From the NCBI GenBank assembly GCA_965153455.1, contig OZ234493.1, positions 12,204,213 through 12,268,212 of the forward strand: DNA of 64,000 nt. Direction: 5' to 3'. Made by a program: the position numbers and the translations under genes. Every line of letters begins with the position of its first letter. The stretch's first letter is position 1. This stretch comes from Sphagnum compactum. Its lineage: Eukaryota. Positions 47,616 through 62,200 of this stretch are shown in pieces. Below the pieces are notes generated by a model. That model made no database searches and was not told where the DNA came from. It was given only the letters and a program-made list of their open reading frames with translations.

Positions 47616-50600
47616 ATGGGAAACGAGCGGCAGATAGAGATGCTGAGGGCGAAGGTGGTGGCATCCATGCCACTGCGGAAGTCGCAACAGTCGAAAAATT
47701 CCGTGGCAGTGGAGGAGAGGGAGGAGGGTGAGCTTTCGGCGGAGGACGAGGAGTCCTTGGTGCCTGCAATGGTCTCGTCTTCACCCCCACCTCTCCTCCG
47801 TTATTTTTTTTTGTTTCCCCCCGTTTCTTTTACCCCCTCCATCTATTCCAATACTGCCGAAGTCCCGATCAGTTTTCTTTTCTTCGTCTATATATTTTTT
47901 CCACTGGAGGCCTGAGTCTTCTCAAATTTGTAGTCTATGTGTAATTCGTTGTTGCCTATCATATGAGGGATTTTGAAACCTAGTTGTGAATTTCTTGTGG
48001 ACTAGATTGTTAGGGATCGGACTATGCATCTGTGCTGCCTGTCATCATCGCTCTTTTCGTGTGCTGAATCTACTCTGATGGTGCTGAGTTGATTAGGGCA
48101 TATTCGTGGGCGTCGAGTATTGTGGTGGGAACTCACTGTACTAGCTAGGAATGGTCTTAGTGGGCATCGTGGTTGAAGCTTGGGACTCGGCAGACATTGT
48201 AAGTGTTTGTAAGAAGATGGTCTTGTGTGGATGTAATCCGAAAACCCTAATTCTGACTCTTGACTGCAGCAGAGTTTGCTTGTGGGATGTGTATTGTTAT
48301 CAGCTATTTGTTGATGTCTGCAACCTTCAAGCAGTTCGAGAGATTTTGTTCTCTGTGGGAGTGACTTCAGCTCCTTTACACTCTTGAGGAGAGAAGATAG
48401 GAAGTAGATGGTGGTGTATGTCAAGTTATGTAACATAATCTGTTTTGTCTTCTGTTCAGAAAAAGTGTCAGTGCTGTTGCATCCCTAAGCCTGATTTACA
48501 CTTTTTTGAGCCTTTGCTTTCTTATCTCCATGAATGTTTGACAGAAGTTTTACATGTCTTTCTGTGGTTTTCACATTTGTCATTTGTGCTTATGTGCAAT
48601 TTAATTTGCAATGGTGAGTCTGCTGGGGAGAAGAGACTGTTCTGAAAATATTATCCACAACATGAAGGTGGTTGCTGGTAGTGCTTCTGATGCATTCGAC
48701 TCTTGGTGGTGGCAATTAGGGCACACGTGCAGCACCATCTCAAAACAGGATGCCAAAGCTTGAAACACGCACTCAAAGCTCTATTGAGGAGAAGCCTGTA
48801 TTTCCCACAAGTTTCAAGGCGCAAGCTGCACAACCAACAACACAAGTATCAATTGTAAACAAGTCACAGCTGCTCAATATGTTTAGTGCTCCTGCTCCCC
48901 CTTTGGCCTCTCTCCAGGGACCCATGCCAGGTATGTTGAGTTGGTTCTGAATCTGCTATGGTGATCCTCTGTGCACCTCATTTGTTCTTGTATTGCTGAA
49001 GCCAACAAGATTCTGTGTATGGATTGTTGTGCACTTGCGTGCTATAGGTCTGAAGTGGAGAGCTTGCTGCTTTTCTGTGCAGTGAGATATCCAGAGTCAG
49101 CAACAGTTTCCAAGTCACAATCTCAGGTAAGGCAAATCTGTTGGTCACCTTTCTATAAATAATTATTTTCCTGAGACAGGTCAAAGGTTTTTATGATCTT
49201 AGCAAAAGTGGCTATCCACATATCAGCTGACAAGCAGTTGCTGAATGTCAATTCTGAGGCTGTCATTGCTAAGATCTTTGTGGAATGCAACTGTGCAGTT
49301 TTTCCCCACAGACATAGGTTTAGCAAGGCATCAAGGGACACCTATGCAAATTGATGCCAATTCTTTTGGAGGCCAGATGAATTCATCCATGAACAAGCTA
49401 CGTGAAGTTGCACCAGCTGCATCAACGCAACCTGTTATGCCTAGTTTTGGCCATCCTATCACACATGGTATAAAGAGAGGCAGAAGCAGAGAAGCCATAA
49501 CAGCCCCTTTCACGCATAGCAAGGTTGCTCCCCCTGTTGCACCCCGAGTAGGTGCTATTGCCATGTCCTCAGGTACATTTATGTCTCTGCAACTTGTTTG
49601 CATTCTTTTGGTGAACTTGGACAGATACATGTCTGGTCTGGTATGAAGCAATAATTGTGTGGTGACCATGGATGACTTACAGTGTGTGTTTTAAATGGAA
49701 TGTGAGCACTATGAACTTGATGATCCATGCATTAGGTTTTCTCAAAAGGTCATGTTCTTAAAGTTCTCTGTGTTGCCTTAGCCTTCTCGTGCTCCTTGTT
49801 TGGTTTTTTTCGGTTTGGGCTTTGTTATGTTCCTCTTTCTTCTTGGTTTCTCTGGCTATCTCCTTCTCTTTTATGGTTGTCAAGCTAGCAGCATGATGGC
49901 AGAGTCTTACTGTTACCACTGGTCTTGTGATAGAAACTTGGTACATTGATTAATTTGACATTGACTTCCACCCACTGCTGGGAGTTGATGAAGTCTGTTG
50001 GGAGTTTCATGATAGCTGGTCACTACCATACATGTCTCTGTTCAAGGTCATTGAATGTACATGTGGCTATTGCTGTTGTTTGGACCATGCCTCATTTTCC
50101 CCTGTATTTTTTGGGTTTATACTTTCTTTTTCTTTTTCTTTCATTCTTGTCAGCTAATATCTTGTTGCTTTTGAAATCTTAATAACTTATTATCAAGTCA
50201 TTTCTGAATTCCATTCAGGTTGATGTAAATTGTGACTATGGAGAAGATCTCTTATGAAGATATATGTGTATATGCCAGTGTTCATGGAAGAGCAATCTTG
50301 AGGTCTGAAGTCTGAACTTGACTCTGGTTTATGTAGGCCTTCATTCACCACAGCCTGCATCTGCACCTGTGAGTGGGGTGCACAGCGAAGTTGAGGCTTT
50401 TCTTGCCAGTTTGCACCTTCCTGTAGTACATACATCTTCCACCCCATTTAGTGAAGAGAATTTTGTAATAAAATTTGACAGTGACAGCGATAGTGAAGGG
50501 GAGCAGCAGCTGATTAGATCCAACCAGGGTCAATTTACCAGTGCTACCAGTGGACAGCAAAGCACAAGTCTCTCAAGCCAGAGTCCTGCAGACATGAGAT

Positions 50601-53600
50601 CTGAAATTTATCGAATGAAGAAGCAGATAGCTCTTATGGAGCGAAGCAAGGCTAAAACCAACAGCAATAGCAATCTGACCTCTCAGTCTGTTACTCTATC
50701 CAAGAATATTGGCCCTCGCACTGGCACAGTGAATCTGGAGAATCTGCGCCAGCAAATAGCTGCCAAGGAGAATGAGTTGCTTGAGCGTCGCCAACGCCTG
50801 GCTGTCACATCACCTATGGAAAAGCCTCACTTACCAGTTGGAAAGGTTCTGGAACAACGAAATTCAGGTGCTACCAGAGTAGGAGATGGACAAACAAGAT
50901 TAGGTAGTGCTGTCCAGTTGACTCTTGTGGAACAGGCCGTTCAAAACACTGGTGCAGAAGAAGGCAAGCTGGTACCCTGTGGTCCCAGAGCAAGTGTTTC
51001 TGGGTCTGCAATACTCTCTGATGCACGAGGTGTTGAGGGTGATGTCAGGTTGATGTTCCAGAAGTCTGGGGCAGCTCAGACCCTGAAGAGGGCAGCTTCA
51101 GAGGTTTGTCTCTCTGGGGAACTGCACAAGCTTCGTAAAGTGGAGTTGCCATCAGTGAGCCAGCCACAGCACTTACAGAGTTCTACTGCAAAACAAGGTA
51201 AAGGCACACTTGGTGTAGAATCTATTTCATCTACTCAGGCAGATGGGCATGCAATCTTCAAGACCAAGCTTGAAGTTGGACATTTTCCAGTTCACACCCA
51301 TACATCAACCCCAGTAACGAAGAAATCTCAGACACTGTCCACGAGGACAAATCTATCAAATCCATCTGGAGAATCTGCTAGTGTGCCAGCTGAAGACATG
51401 ACATTCCTAGTAGGTTCTCAGGGATCACAAGATACAAGCATAGTCATAAGCTCTACAGGCCAGGCTGTGCGGGCTTCTGTAGAGCAAGGCCCCATAACAG
51501 CGTTTGTTGTCAGTTGCCCAGATTCTGGTTTGAGTAGCAAGGATGGAGTTCTACCAAAGGATGCCCAAGGTGGGGGCTTGAGTCCTTCTGGGCCACAGGT
51601 TTTTGTGGATACCATTCCTGGGGAATCACCAGTGCCACAAGAATGTGGAAATGAACATGCCTTAGGTTTAGAAGCTGAAATTCCATCTTCAACTTCTCAG
51701 CAAATAAATGTGTTTGAACCAGATGCCCCACCACAGGCCACTTTCTCTTCAGTTGGCACCATGATTGAGCTTTCTACTGCAAGTTCTGCTGCAACTCCCA
51801 TTCATGTGGCAGAATCCACTCCAAGCCGTTCTATTCCAAGCACTGTGATGTTGAGCACACCAACTTCCTCCTTGCCAGCAGCAAGGGAGGAAATAAGAAG
51901 GGTTGTACCTAGTTTCACTATCAAGAGTCCAATCTATTCACCTATTACTACAGCAACTGGTTATGATGCAGCAATTCCTTCATTACACCTGCCAGGGTAT
52001 GCTCTGTGGCCACCTTTGCATCAACTTCAGGCTGCAACAAATCAACTAGAGCCATCAGGTATCCATGGTCCCATTTGGAGTATAGATTCTGCAAGAGAGG
52101 GGGGGATGCAGTTGTTACAGCGGCTGCAAGAGGATGAAGATGCTGTGGATAAAGCACTTGAAGAAGCACAGGTGCGCAGACGAAAATGTGAAGTGAGTGA
52201 GCGAGAGGCACGGCGTCTTTACCAGGATGCAAAGACTGCACTTGCCTCAGCTAATGCACTTTGTGATGCACTTCTGCATCAGCGCAAGCTGCTCTCTGCC
52301 CAGCTTCATGCTGCAGAACTTCGAATGCTACAGCTGCCTCCCTTTACAGTGCCCACTGACAGGCAACTAACTTCTGATCATCATGCACAGCTCACTGAAC
52401 TGCCTCTAGAATTTTCCTCAGCTGCATGGACAAATCAACAACAGTCACCATCCAGAGTGCATGTTAAGGGCAATCTGAGGCAGGGAACATGTGTGGAGCA
52501 GGAGGGCCAAGCAATTACCAATTCTCCTCCTGAGGATTGCCAAAGTATGGGGTCAGAGATGACTATGCCTGCTGCTGTTCTCAAGGAAAGCCCCATTTCA
52601 AAGCGTTCTTCAGACAATAGTTCTGGAGGGCATCTGTTGGGACTTCAGATGGTTGCTCCCACTGTTGGAAACCAGGAGGTCCATAGCAATCTGCACCTGT
52701 ACCCAGCACAGAATGTTGCACAGGACAGGCTTAATGTGCAATCTCATGAAATACCTGATCTAAGTCTTGACCATTGGAGGGTCTCAACAGTGGTCAATAA
52801 GAGTGATGGTGTTTCTCCTGTACATACAGTAGTGAAGGATAGTAAGGTTGTCAAGGTCAGGATGCCTGCTGCTGCAGCAGATTTGGAGGGGTTGTGTGAG
52901 GATTCTGGAACAAATGGTTCGGAATGTCAGCGTAGCAGTGAAGAGAAGAATCTCCAGCATCTCACTCAAAATGGTGTGGGTGTTAGCGCACCTATTGAAA
53001 ACTTGCCTGGTGATAGGAGTCAGAAGCCTGTTACACAGTTAGGGGACACAGAGAAAAAAGATTCAGATGAGATCAACACTCCCCCTAACGAACAGGTGCA
53101 ATCAGCAGACAGAGAGCAACCATTGGCAGGTTGGGGTATGGACAAGGATGTTCCTGGGTGTGTGGTTGTGCAGGGTGCAGGAAAAGAGCATCCTATGAGT
53201 GAGGATAAGTTGGGCACATCAGAGACTGCACACATAAGTTTGAAGGAAGAGGATGAGGAAAGGTGTCATGATGACAGACTGCACCCATGTGCTACCAAGA
53301 TTACAATCACACCACTGCAGAATGACATAATCAGTCTGGCCCCAGATAGTCAGTTTGGCAATTCAGATGGTCCTGGTTTTGAAACGAAGGTGAAGCATGG
53401 AATTGCAGAAATTCCTGAAGGGGATGAAGGTTTGGCCTCTTCATTGAGGTTCACTACAGTTTGCCTCAGTGATGGAGGCCAGACAGATGGACAACCTAAA
53501 GGTGAGGTTCACCTTCCATTAGAACATCTAGGAATTGTGTTAGTTGGGCACAACACTGATCATAGTGAACAAAGTATGGTTGTGACAGGGGTTGCTTCTG

Positions 53601-56600
53601 GTGGTGACTGCACTACTTATGTTGAGGATGGACATGCAAACGAGAAAGGTATGTGCTTAAGTGTGCTTCTGCATCTTGGCCAATGAACTTGAGATGGCTA
53701 TTCTCCTTGTTGAACTCATGTTTAATCTACTGTTGGTAATTGCAGCACAAGAACTCCCTGTTCCTCTCATACTCAAGGATACAGCCATGATTGCAACAAA
53801 GGACAGTCAAAGTGACAGTGAAGAGGACGGCCATGATGATGATATTTCAAATGAAGCTATCCCAATTTTGCTGAAGTGCAAACCTGAGATTACTGGCTTA
53901 AGAGCTTTAGCAGACAATGATGCAAATAATGGTCTCCTTTCAGAGCAAGAGGTTCATGTGCAAGGAGAGTCTTTGGTGGATTCCACAAACACAGGTCTTT
54001 TGAAGTCCTCAGATTCCCTGACATGTGCAACTAAGGATGCCACTGTGCAACAACTAGAATATGAACTGGCACCTGGCAGCCTCAAAGCTTTCCAATTCCA
54101 GACTGACAAGGAGAAGATGGATTTGTTGAGCCAAAAGGTTGCTCATAGTCAAAAGGAAGCACAAGGATTTGGAAGAGAGCAACAATCTGGAGGAGATGAG
54201 CATTTGCAGGTTCAGAAAGGATCAATAATAGAGCCTGCTAATGAAATCAGAGCCTTGTCACCATGTCAGACCAACTGTTTGGTTGCTGGCAGAGAGCCTA
54301 GTATTGAGGGAATGGAAGTTTCAACAAATGAGCAGCTCCCAAGCTCTGTGCTGTATGGAATGTCTTGCTTCTGTCTCGAAAAGCCATCTGAAGAATCTTT
54401 AGAAGTGGTGGAAACCAGCCTGACCACTTCTATGTCATTAAGAAAGTATGAGAGTCCGCTTAGAATGTTCCGATCTTACAGGTTAAACTCTCAATTTGGA
54501 TCAGCATGGCACTTCAAGGTAGAGTCTAAAACATGGAGCCATGACATTGACATATGGAAACTGCTGTGTAAATTTGAACACCGTGGCAAGTGTAACAATG
54601 ATGCATGCCTGGGGCAGCATGTGGCAGATTACACACTAGACCACACTGGCCTTCTGTCTCAGTTGCAGAAATATGTCAACCCTGAGAAACAGCTGGGAGA
54701 TGATGGTATGTCTCCAAGAGCAATTGAGGCAGCAATTGCTGCAATTGTTGATGAAGCTCAGACCTCGGCCAACTTGACTCAGAACAAGGTTGCAAGTGGG
54801 AAGTTGTTTCTGGAGGATAAGTTGCAATGGAATAAGGAATTATCAGTGCCCATATACCAGATTGGTCAATATGTTGTGTTGCCAGATCAAACAAATCTCT
54901 GTAGCAGAGTGAGGTGTCTCCTGGGGTTCCAATCAAAAGTTGTTTCCTTCTCTTCCTCTTTACTGTCACCAGCTCTTTGCAGGTTGTTACCTCCAGATGT
55001 CCCTTGCTTGCTTGCTGCAGCAGTAGAGAATAGCAGTATCACCTCTCCAGCAGAGGAGAGCAGTTGGCGTTACATAGAAGATGCTGGTGATTCACAAGAG
55101 GTTGCTGAGGTATGTGCACTAAATGGTTTTCATATTTCTTATGCTTTGTATCCCCCTACATATGCAAAATCCAGGGCAACAAAGATGCCATGTTTGCAGG
55201 TTTAACTCCTGGATGGCTCTGGAATTTTTGTGACTTGATGGCAGGAGCATGTTTTGAAGCATCCTGGGGACATTGAAGCGTGGTTGGAGCTTGCACTGAC
55301 AATTATTGACTATGACCTCACTTGTCAGGACGTTGATGCACAAAAAGAAGTGAGTTCAGAGGATGCAAGGCAATGGAGTTGTTTAAAGTTGTGGGGTGCA
55401 TGATCACAATTGTGGAATATTGGCTTGGGCATGGTCACTTGTAGAAGAAGGGAGTAATGTGGGTTGGTGGGAGGGTGGGGAGAACAGGCTCTTTATATTC
55501 TTTCACGAGCATTAGAAGCCAATCCTAGTGTTGTCGTGCTGTGGGTGGTGTACGTCGGCTTATTCTACAACAGAGAAAGCAGCATTGGCATCGATGATAT
55601 GTTTCATCATGCGGTAGTTGTCTCATGCTGTAGTCAAGGATAACATGTTGAAGATATCTGTCTTTTGCAGTGCATTTACACCTAGGGCTATTTTGTCTTT
55701 TGACACTTCTCCATTGTCCCTTTCATTCACTTGTGCTGAGTTTACTAGTTTAGTATGTAGATGGAGATCAGATTGTGTGTGGATGTAGAAGACTTTTTTC
55801 ACAATGTACTGGATTACTTTGCTACTGTTGTATAGTAATTGCAGACTGTTGCTAGAAAGGAGAAGTTTGATTGTGGATTGTTAGTGTAGGGTGACTTCAC
55901 AAAAGAGATGTCATTTCCTCTGCTGGTGTGCAGGTGGGTTTCAATCCAGCCTCTTATGAACTTTGGCTGTTACTAATCAATAGTAGGCTGAAGCTTGGAG
56001 ATTGCCTGGATGCGTATAAGCTGGCATTGCAAGGTCTGTGCTCTGTGGAGGAGGAGGATCGAGAGGAGCAGAGTGCTTGCATACTGGACTTGACCCTACA
56101 GATGCTCAACTGCATGTGCATTGCATCACAAACACTTCTGCTGAATGGTTGGGTGGATGAACTTGTTAACCATGAAGGTAGTAATAGGAGACTACTTGCA
56201 TTTCTCATTCCAAATGACTCCTGTATCCTGTGGGTTGGGTGTGCCTATGCTGTGGCATTTGGTGAGCTGCCACGTGAGTTTGTGCAACGGTTTGGATGCA
56301 ATCAAGAGTTGCCATTTGATTTGAATTGGGATAGACGCTCAGAGGTTCAGCATGGTACTGGTGGTCCTGCCATCAAATTGCTGCACGCAGGCATGAACTG
56401 TCTGGTAGGAGTAGCAGAGCAGCGAAGCCAACATGCCTTGGCAGTGAATTATGTGCAGTGCCTGTCTTTGTACCGTGGGCTCAATCAAGCTCTGAAGATG
56501 GCACACCAGCTGTGGGAAAGGCACCCTGGCTGCTTGGAATTGGTTCTGCTTGTGGCACGTCTGGAGGGGAACAAAGATGGGGTAGCTATGTTTGAACAAG

Positions 56601-57604
56601 CTGTACGCTGTTGGCCCCAACCACGGGTTGGCCTGCAGCGGCTGTGGAATCAGTATGCATTGCATGTCCTGCAATGGGAAGGCAAGAGTTCAGCCCTGCA
56701 TGTACTGTACAGGTGTACTAGAGCAAGTGCACTTGATAGCTCTGCACTCAGGGAGCTGAGGGAAGACAGCAAGGTTAGGGACTCTTTAGAATCCATCGCA
56801 GAGAATGATAGTAGTGATGGCAATTTTGGTTCAATAGGTGAGGATGCTGTGTTTGCATGGCTAAATTTGGCTCTTTTTGAGGTTCTTAGTGGGGAGAGGG
56901 GACATGCACAAGCTGCTGTGGAGAGAAGCCTGAAGGCTGCGGTCAGTAGGGAAGATGTAAGGCACTGCTGGAGAGAGATGGCTGCTTTGACCCTTCTTAG
57001 TGATGTTGGTGATCTGACGCAACCAAGTCATGTCCTTGACCTTTTAGACAGATGCTGCATGGAGACTTCTATGCACTGGAAGTTAACACCTCTCTCTAGC
57101 CGATTGTCAAAAAATATCTCAAAGCGTCGCCTCCGCTCCTTTATTGATTTTCTCCTAGGTCCCTCACCTGTAGACTACTCAGTTGTAAACAGTTTTGTCC
57201 AACAATATATGGCAAAGGGACTAAAGTTAGGAATGCATACCAGTAGACTAGTTGAGGGAGTACTTGCTGTGATGCCTGGCAATGTGGAGGTAGTGTTGCC
57301 TTTATGTAGGCTGCTGCTTGGACACAACCTGTCTAATACACAGGAATTTGCTGCTGCGGTGTGGACAATCTCAATTGTCTTGAGCACCTTGTTACAAGCT
57401 TGCCCACAAGCCCCTGAACAAGACTGGGTGGAGGTTGGCAAGTTATTAGCCCATCTTGGGGACAAAAGTTCGCTTCAAGAGTTCTATCAACATGCTCTTG
57501 TTGTGTATCCATTCTCAGCTGTCCTCAGGCACAGCCTGTTGGAGGTGCAACAGTCACAAGAAGCCAGGTCTGGTGCTGGTGAGGAGGCATTGCTGCAAGG
57601 TTGA
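47616..57604 (+). CDS. ZFC3H1/Red1-like zinc-finger C3H1 and HAT/TPR-repeat protein (probable nuclear exosome adaptor). Exons approx. 47616-47771 (or -47759), 48720-48930, [49083-49126], 49299/49312-49572, 50337-53648, 53746-55109, 55245-55349, 55488-55613, 55934-57604
   Basis: N-terminal EREEGELS, then FVIKFDSDSDSE and a coiled coil DKALEEAQVRRRKCEVSEREAR. YESPLRMFRSYR is followed by a zf-C3H1 LCKFEHRGKCNNDACLGQH. The C-terminus has HAT-like helices (ALYILSRALEANPSVVVLWVVY; SYELWLLLINSR). This architecture matches the ZFC3H1/Red1 family. The 5' exon boundaries are less certain. Confidence 0.85.
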
Positions 57605-59735
57605 ACAACAATCTGTTGAAAGACCTGCTTGTATTTTAATTACTGGACAACTGGACCTCCTTCTCTGTTGTTGACCTATGATTGATACATACAGCAGCCC
57701 AAGGGGAGGATCATGGAGTAGTGAACAAACATTTTGGAGCAAGGAGCATGAATGCAAGTCTCAAGATCTGCATTCAACCTGTCCTCAACAATTCTATTGG
57801 GAGTGACTTGGTGTCTGTATGGCAACTTTCCAGTGCTGCATCTGTTCATATTGTGTGTTCTGTATTATTTTTCCATGTGCACAGAGCCTGGATGTGTTCT
57901 AATTGTTGTGATTTTGCTAATGGGTGCTGCTGGTTCAGTTGGATCCATGTATAATTTGTTGGAGGTCTGTCAGGCTTGCCACTAAAGTGATGAAGGATTG
58001 TTGTGGTGAATGTTGTGTATATTCAGATTTCCACTACGAGGATCAAGTACACAGTTCAGGTGGGCTGTGTAGTATGCCTTCGAGATTCACTAGGACTGTT
58101 AAATGTGTTGTCTTTTCCAATGTCACTTCTCTGTGAGGTGGGTTCTGCAATGAGGTGTTCATATTTGTGAGTTATTGTTTTGTGCAGGTGAGTTTTGAGG
58201 GAGCTTTGAGTTTCCCATAATTGCCTTCTCAAGCAGTTGGTGCTATCAACCCCCTCTGTGTTGCATTGACCTAAGTATCCTTTTAGCTGCTAGCTTTTGT
58301 ATTTTGTGAAGGAACTTGTTGGTTGAGCCATGTGCATTGTCACTTGGTTCTGTGGTGACATGATGTAGGTTTTATCCAATCCTGTTTCAATGTTTTGTTT
58401 GTGAGCACCTCTTGAAACATGCTTGTCTGTACTCCCCCAAGCTGTGACTTGGCAGTACCTAGCAGGTATGGGGCGACCTATGAGAGGCATTTGGATTAGT
58501 CTAAGATGGCACACAAAGGTTGAAGAAGGGTGAAAGGGGAAAAAATGCAGGCGATAACACTACATTACACAGTGGGCTTTTTTGACCTCCTGTGCTGTGT
58601 GTTGTCTGGCCCTTTCTTCTCTGTTTCAAACAAATGGGTGGTGGTGTCTGTCTTGCCCCCTGGGTGGTGGTTGTTGCTGCATATGGCTACCCTGCATTTT
58701 GTTATAGTCAGGTGAGCAAGTGTTATTGCATGATGTTCAGATGCCCAAGACCCATCACGGAAAGAAGAAGATTCAAGCAGTGTTGAGCAGTAGTTACAAG
58801 CAAAGTCCAGATGTCTAGGTTTTGTCTGATTATGGCCTGATTTTGTTACAGGAACAACCCCCCTGAACATATAACTCCTCTTGAAGCCAATGCTCTTATC
58901 TGCGGGCACAAGGGGAAGAATGAGGAAAATGGGTGGGCCTGGTATGCATTTGCAGAGTTTGTTCAGAACTGATGCACACAAAGTGTATCTAACCAAAACA
59001 GTTCTACTATGGACTGTCTACCAGTGCCAGTGTGGTTTCTCTCCATTATTATTATCCTCTCCTCTGTATCAAGAATTCGGTTGTAGTAAAGCTATTCTTT
59101 TTGCACAAAATCATTCTTGTGGGTGCTTCTTGATGAGTACAACTTCCCTTTGCTGCTGGATTGTCTACCAAGTTGATCAACAATGAATGAAACAGGATCC
59201 TCTGTGGTAGTTAGTAGCTTCATTGTTGCTGAGATTTGGATTTTGAACGATGTAGTTTTGACCCCTTGCTCACTTTGCACACCAAGTTGCAGGGATGAGT
59301 AACTAACCTGTGAGAATTTTGTGTGTTGAAATGAGTGCAGCTTTTACCTAAGGGAGGGAAATTGTTTTACTCACAACTCAGGATCTGTCTTCTTCTGGAC
59401 TGGAAATTGTCTAATTGAACTAAAAAGCTCTAGAATGCAGATGGGTTAGTGGACTGTTTCAAGAATAAGAGAAAAGATAACACCACTGATAAGCATATAA
59501 GCACGCCTGCAAGCATAGTCTGTGCTGTTGGCCCAAGTGTGAACTGGGTACCCAACTGATTGACTTGTTGCAACTCTACTCACTGAGAGCTTTCCTATTG
59601 CACCAAGAGCACACCACAAGAGGTGCCATGGTTTGAGAGATTTCACTGCAACAAACAGCCAAATCTTCCTTCATAGATAGTAGTTACCCCAAGTACTAAC
59701 ATCTGCAATATTGCCACATTATGAGATGTACTAAC

Positions 59736-62200
59736 CAGTGTTGGGCGGGTATCATAATTTTATGATACCCGTCAGGTCTGGTTTTCACAAAGTATGATGA
59801 CTGCCGGATACAATTCTCCCCCCCCAAAATTTTCTTAAATTTTTACGTCAGGTAAGGGTATCAACATTTTTAAAAAAGTAAACCGATTTTCGTAATGCCA
59901 ATTCTCAGAAATTTGAAAACAGCCAGTTCTCCTTTGTCGACTCTCACAAACCAGGTATTTTTTTTTTTAAATTAGAAATTAATTTTTAAAATTTAAATTA
60001 AGATTAAATAATTATTGATTTGATTTCTTTTTACAATGAAAACATTATAAGCAATGCTAGAAAAAAAATTCTACAAATAATCATCAATTTATTTATTGAA
60101 CTTTTACACTTCAACAACTTCATCCCTTTCAAATTCCCCCTTCAAACTCTTCAAACTCCTTTTCTGAGTTTATCCATTTCAAGGAATTTTAATAAATTAA
60201 ATGGAGATTTACATCCTATTCTAAGATCATTAGGCCAATTTTTGTTGACAAAAATCAACTTCTCTAAATTTTTTATTTGTAAACAACATCTCCTAAGGTT
60301 AGTAAGAATTCCAGCCAAATAAAAGAACATTTCTATTTCTATTTGGGATTTAACAATCCCCAAAATCCGTCGAGCTAAAAATCTAATTGTAGGAAACATT
60401 GCTTCATGTTTCTGCCACCATTGAAGAGGACATTTGATGTCCTTAACATCTAATTGATACCTCTTGACTAATTCTTTTGCTAGTTCACTTGTGCTTATAG
60501 TCTATTCAAATATATCCAAACTGCAAGCCTGATTAAAAATATTCCAATTAGCAGAATTCCTCTCTGATCTCATCAAAGGATGCAAATGTTCATGACATTT
60601 GACCAACATAGGATATAAGGATTCCCTATCATATTCTTCAACAAGAACAACACCTTATTCCTTTCCAACAAATGCGGATACTATATGAAGGCTCTTATAC
60701 CTAGGGTCTAGCATAAAAAAAATCATATTATGGGCTTTTCTCTTATCAGAAACCTTTAAGAATGAGAGGAAAGAATCCAACACATTGATTACCTCCCTTT
60801 TAATGTTAGAATCTAGCAAAGATAATTCATCACTAACAACTGAATTATCATCCATTAAGCTTTCAAATGAAGGTACAACTTGATTTTCTTCCTTAAATTT
60901 CAAACTCATGGAAATGGTAGAATGTAAAGCATCACTAAGAAGCCAATGTCCAGGTGACTGATTAAAAACATGGGAAGAAACAACTGGGGAAAGGCAATCA
61001 ACAATAATTTGAGAAATTTGCCATGTTAGAGTTCAAGGCACTCAACTAGTGACTCACATAGCAGTCTATTTGATGTAATAGAGCACAATGGCATATCGAA
61101 ATTGTAAAGCCTCTTGAAACATAATGATTTTATTAACAAACTTGCAAAAAATAATAATAATTTGATTAATTATCCTATCAAAACCACAAAGACTCTAAAA
61201 AGTTGAAATAATAAAAAGTTCGAAAGAACTACCTTGTTTTGACTCGAGTGTTTAATTTTTTGGGTCGAATTCCAGTTTCAAAACAAGCCTTATTTCCATT
61301 CATGTCTGCCGTTCCCAAACTTCTTAGGCCAAGTGATGCATTTCTACAAATCTACTTGGGTAGACTTGATAAAAACATATTTTAGATTTTTGCAGACTTT
61401 TTCCTCTACAGTGCCATAATGACATGCTTTTGAAAACACATGTCCAAAATAAGTACCCTGAAAGCTTTCTTCTAACCCAAAAGATTCACAATTTACAACA
61501 AACTTCAATGCACCAGTTATTGCATTGAAATTAGATTTTTCATCTTTGATATAAATAATAATTTTTTTCCTTAAACCACATTTGTCCAACAATTCTATCA
61601 AACTTTTGGCCAAGGCTTGCCCTATTGTTTTTATTGCTTCAAATAAGCCAATAATCACATGTTTGGTTGCCAATCACTACTTTAAAAATTAATCACTAAA
61701 CAAATGCATCACAAGCTCCTTTAAACATCCAAAGATCAAAACTAGTTGTTGCAGAATGACATTCTGCCAAGGCAGGAACAACATATAATTGATTTGTCTT
61801 CTTCACTAACCCTAGCAATATGTCTTGTGAAACTAATTTCTGGAAGAGAAGTTTAATTTTGGACAAAGATGGAAAATCAAACGTTTGAGCCACATATTGG
61901 ATAAGTAAATTGTTCTTGATAATTAACTAACCAAGGTCCTCTAAAAATTCTCTTATGTGACACATCTTTTTTTTAAAGGTATTTTTGACATAATAGAATT
62001 TAAAGATTGACCCTCTAGATGGATTTGTTATTTTCTTTGAAGGTTGTATTTCTTTAGTACTTTTCAGTAGACTATTCATTTTTTCTTCAAACATTTGCGC
62101 AATAAAGAATGATCTACATCCACATGTTTTTAAAAGAAGTTATTCCATTGGTTTTGTAATAAAAAAATCAATTCTTTCCTTGCTTGAGTTCTTGGATTTA
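59736..62200 (-). mobile_element. hAT transposon remnant (transposase with C-terminal dimerisation domain)
   Basis: FPTIRFLARRILGI..SQIE.E.FF.LAG..TNLRRC.L...NLEKLIFV (hAT dimerisation), FMLDPRYK, IIGLFEA..TIGQALA..KDE.SN and TTSFDLWM. A putative terminus CAGTGTTGGGCGGG lies at 59736. Many frameshifts. Confidence 0.85.

Noticed and set aside
50350-50370. CTGCATCTGCACCTG resembling part of a moss miRNA sequence
   Set aside because: It is in sense orientation within coding sequence (Pro-Ala-Ser-Ala-Pro) with no hairpin, so it is likely chance.
57680-59700. Several 60-140 aa ORFs downstream of the ZFC3H1-like gene
   Set aside because: No recognisable motifs and no consistent exon chain; probably 3' UTR or intergenic sequence.
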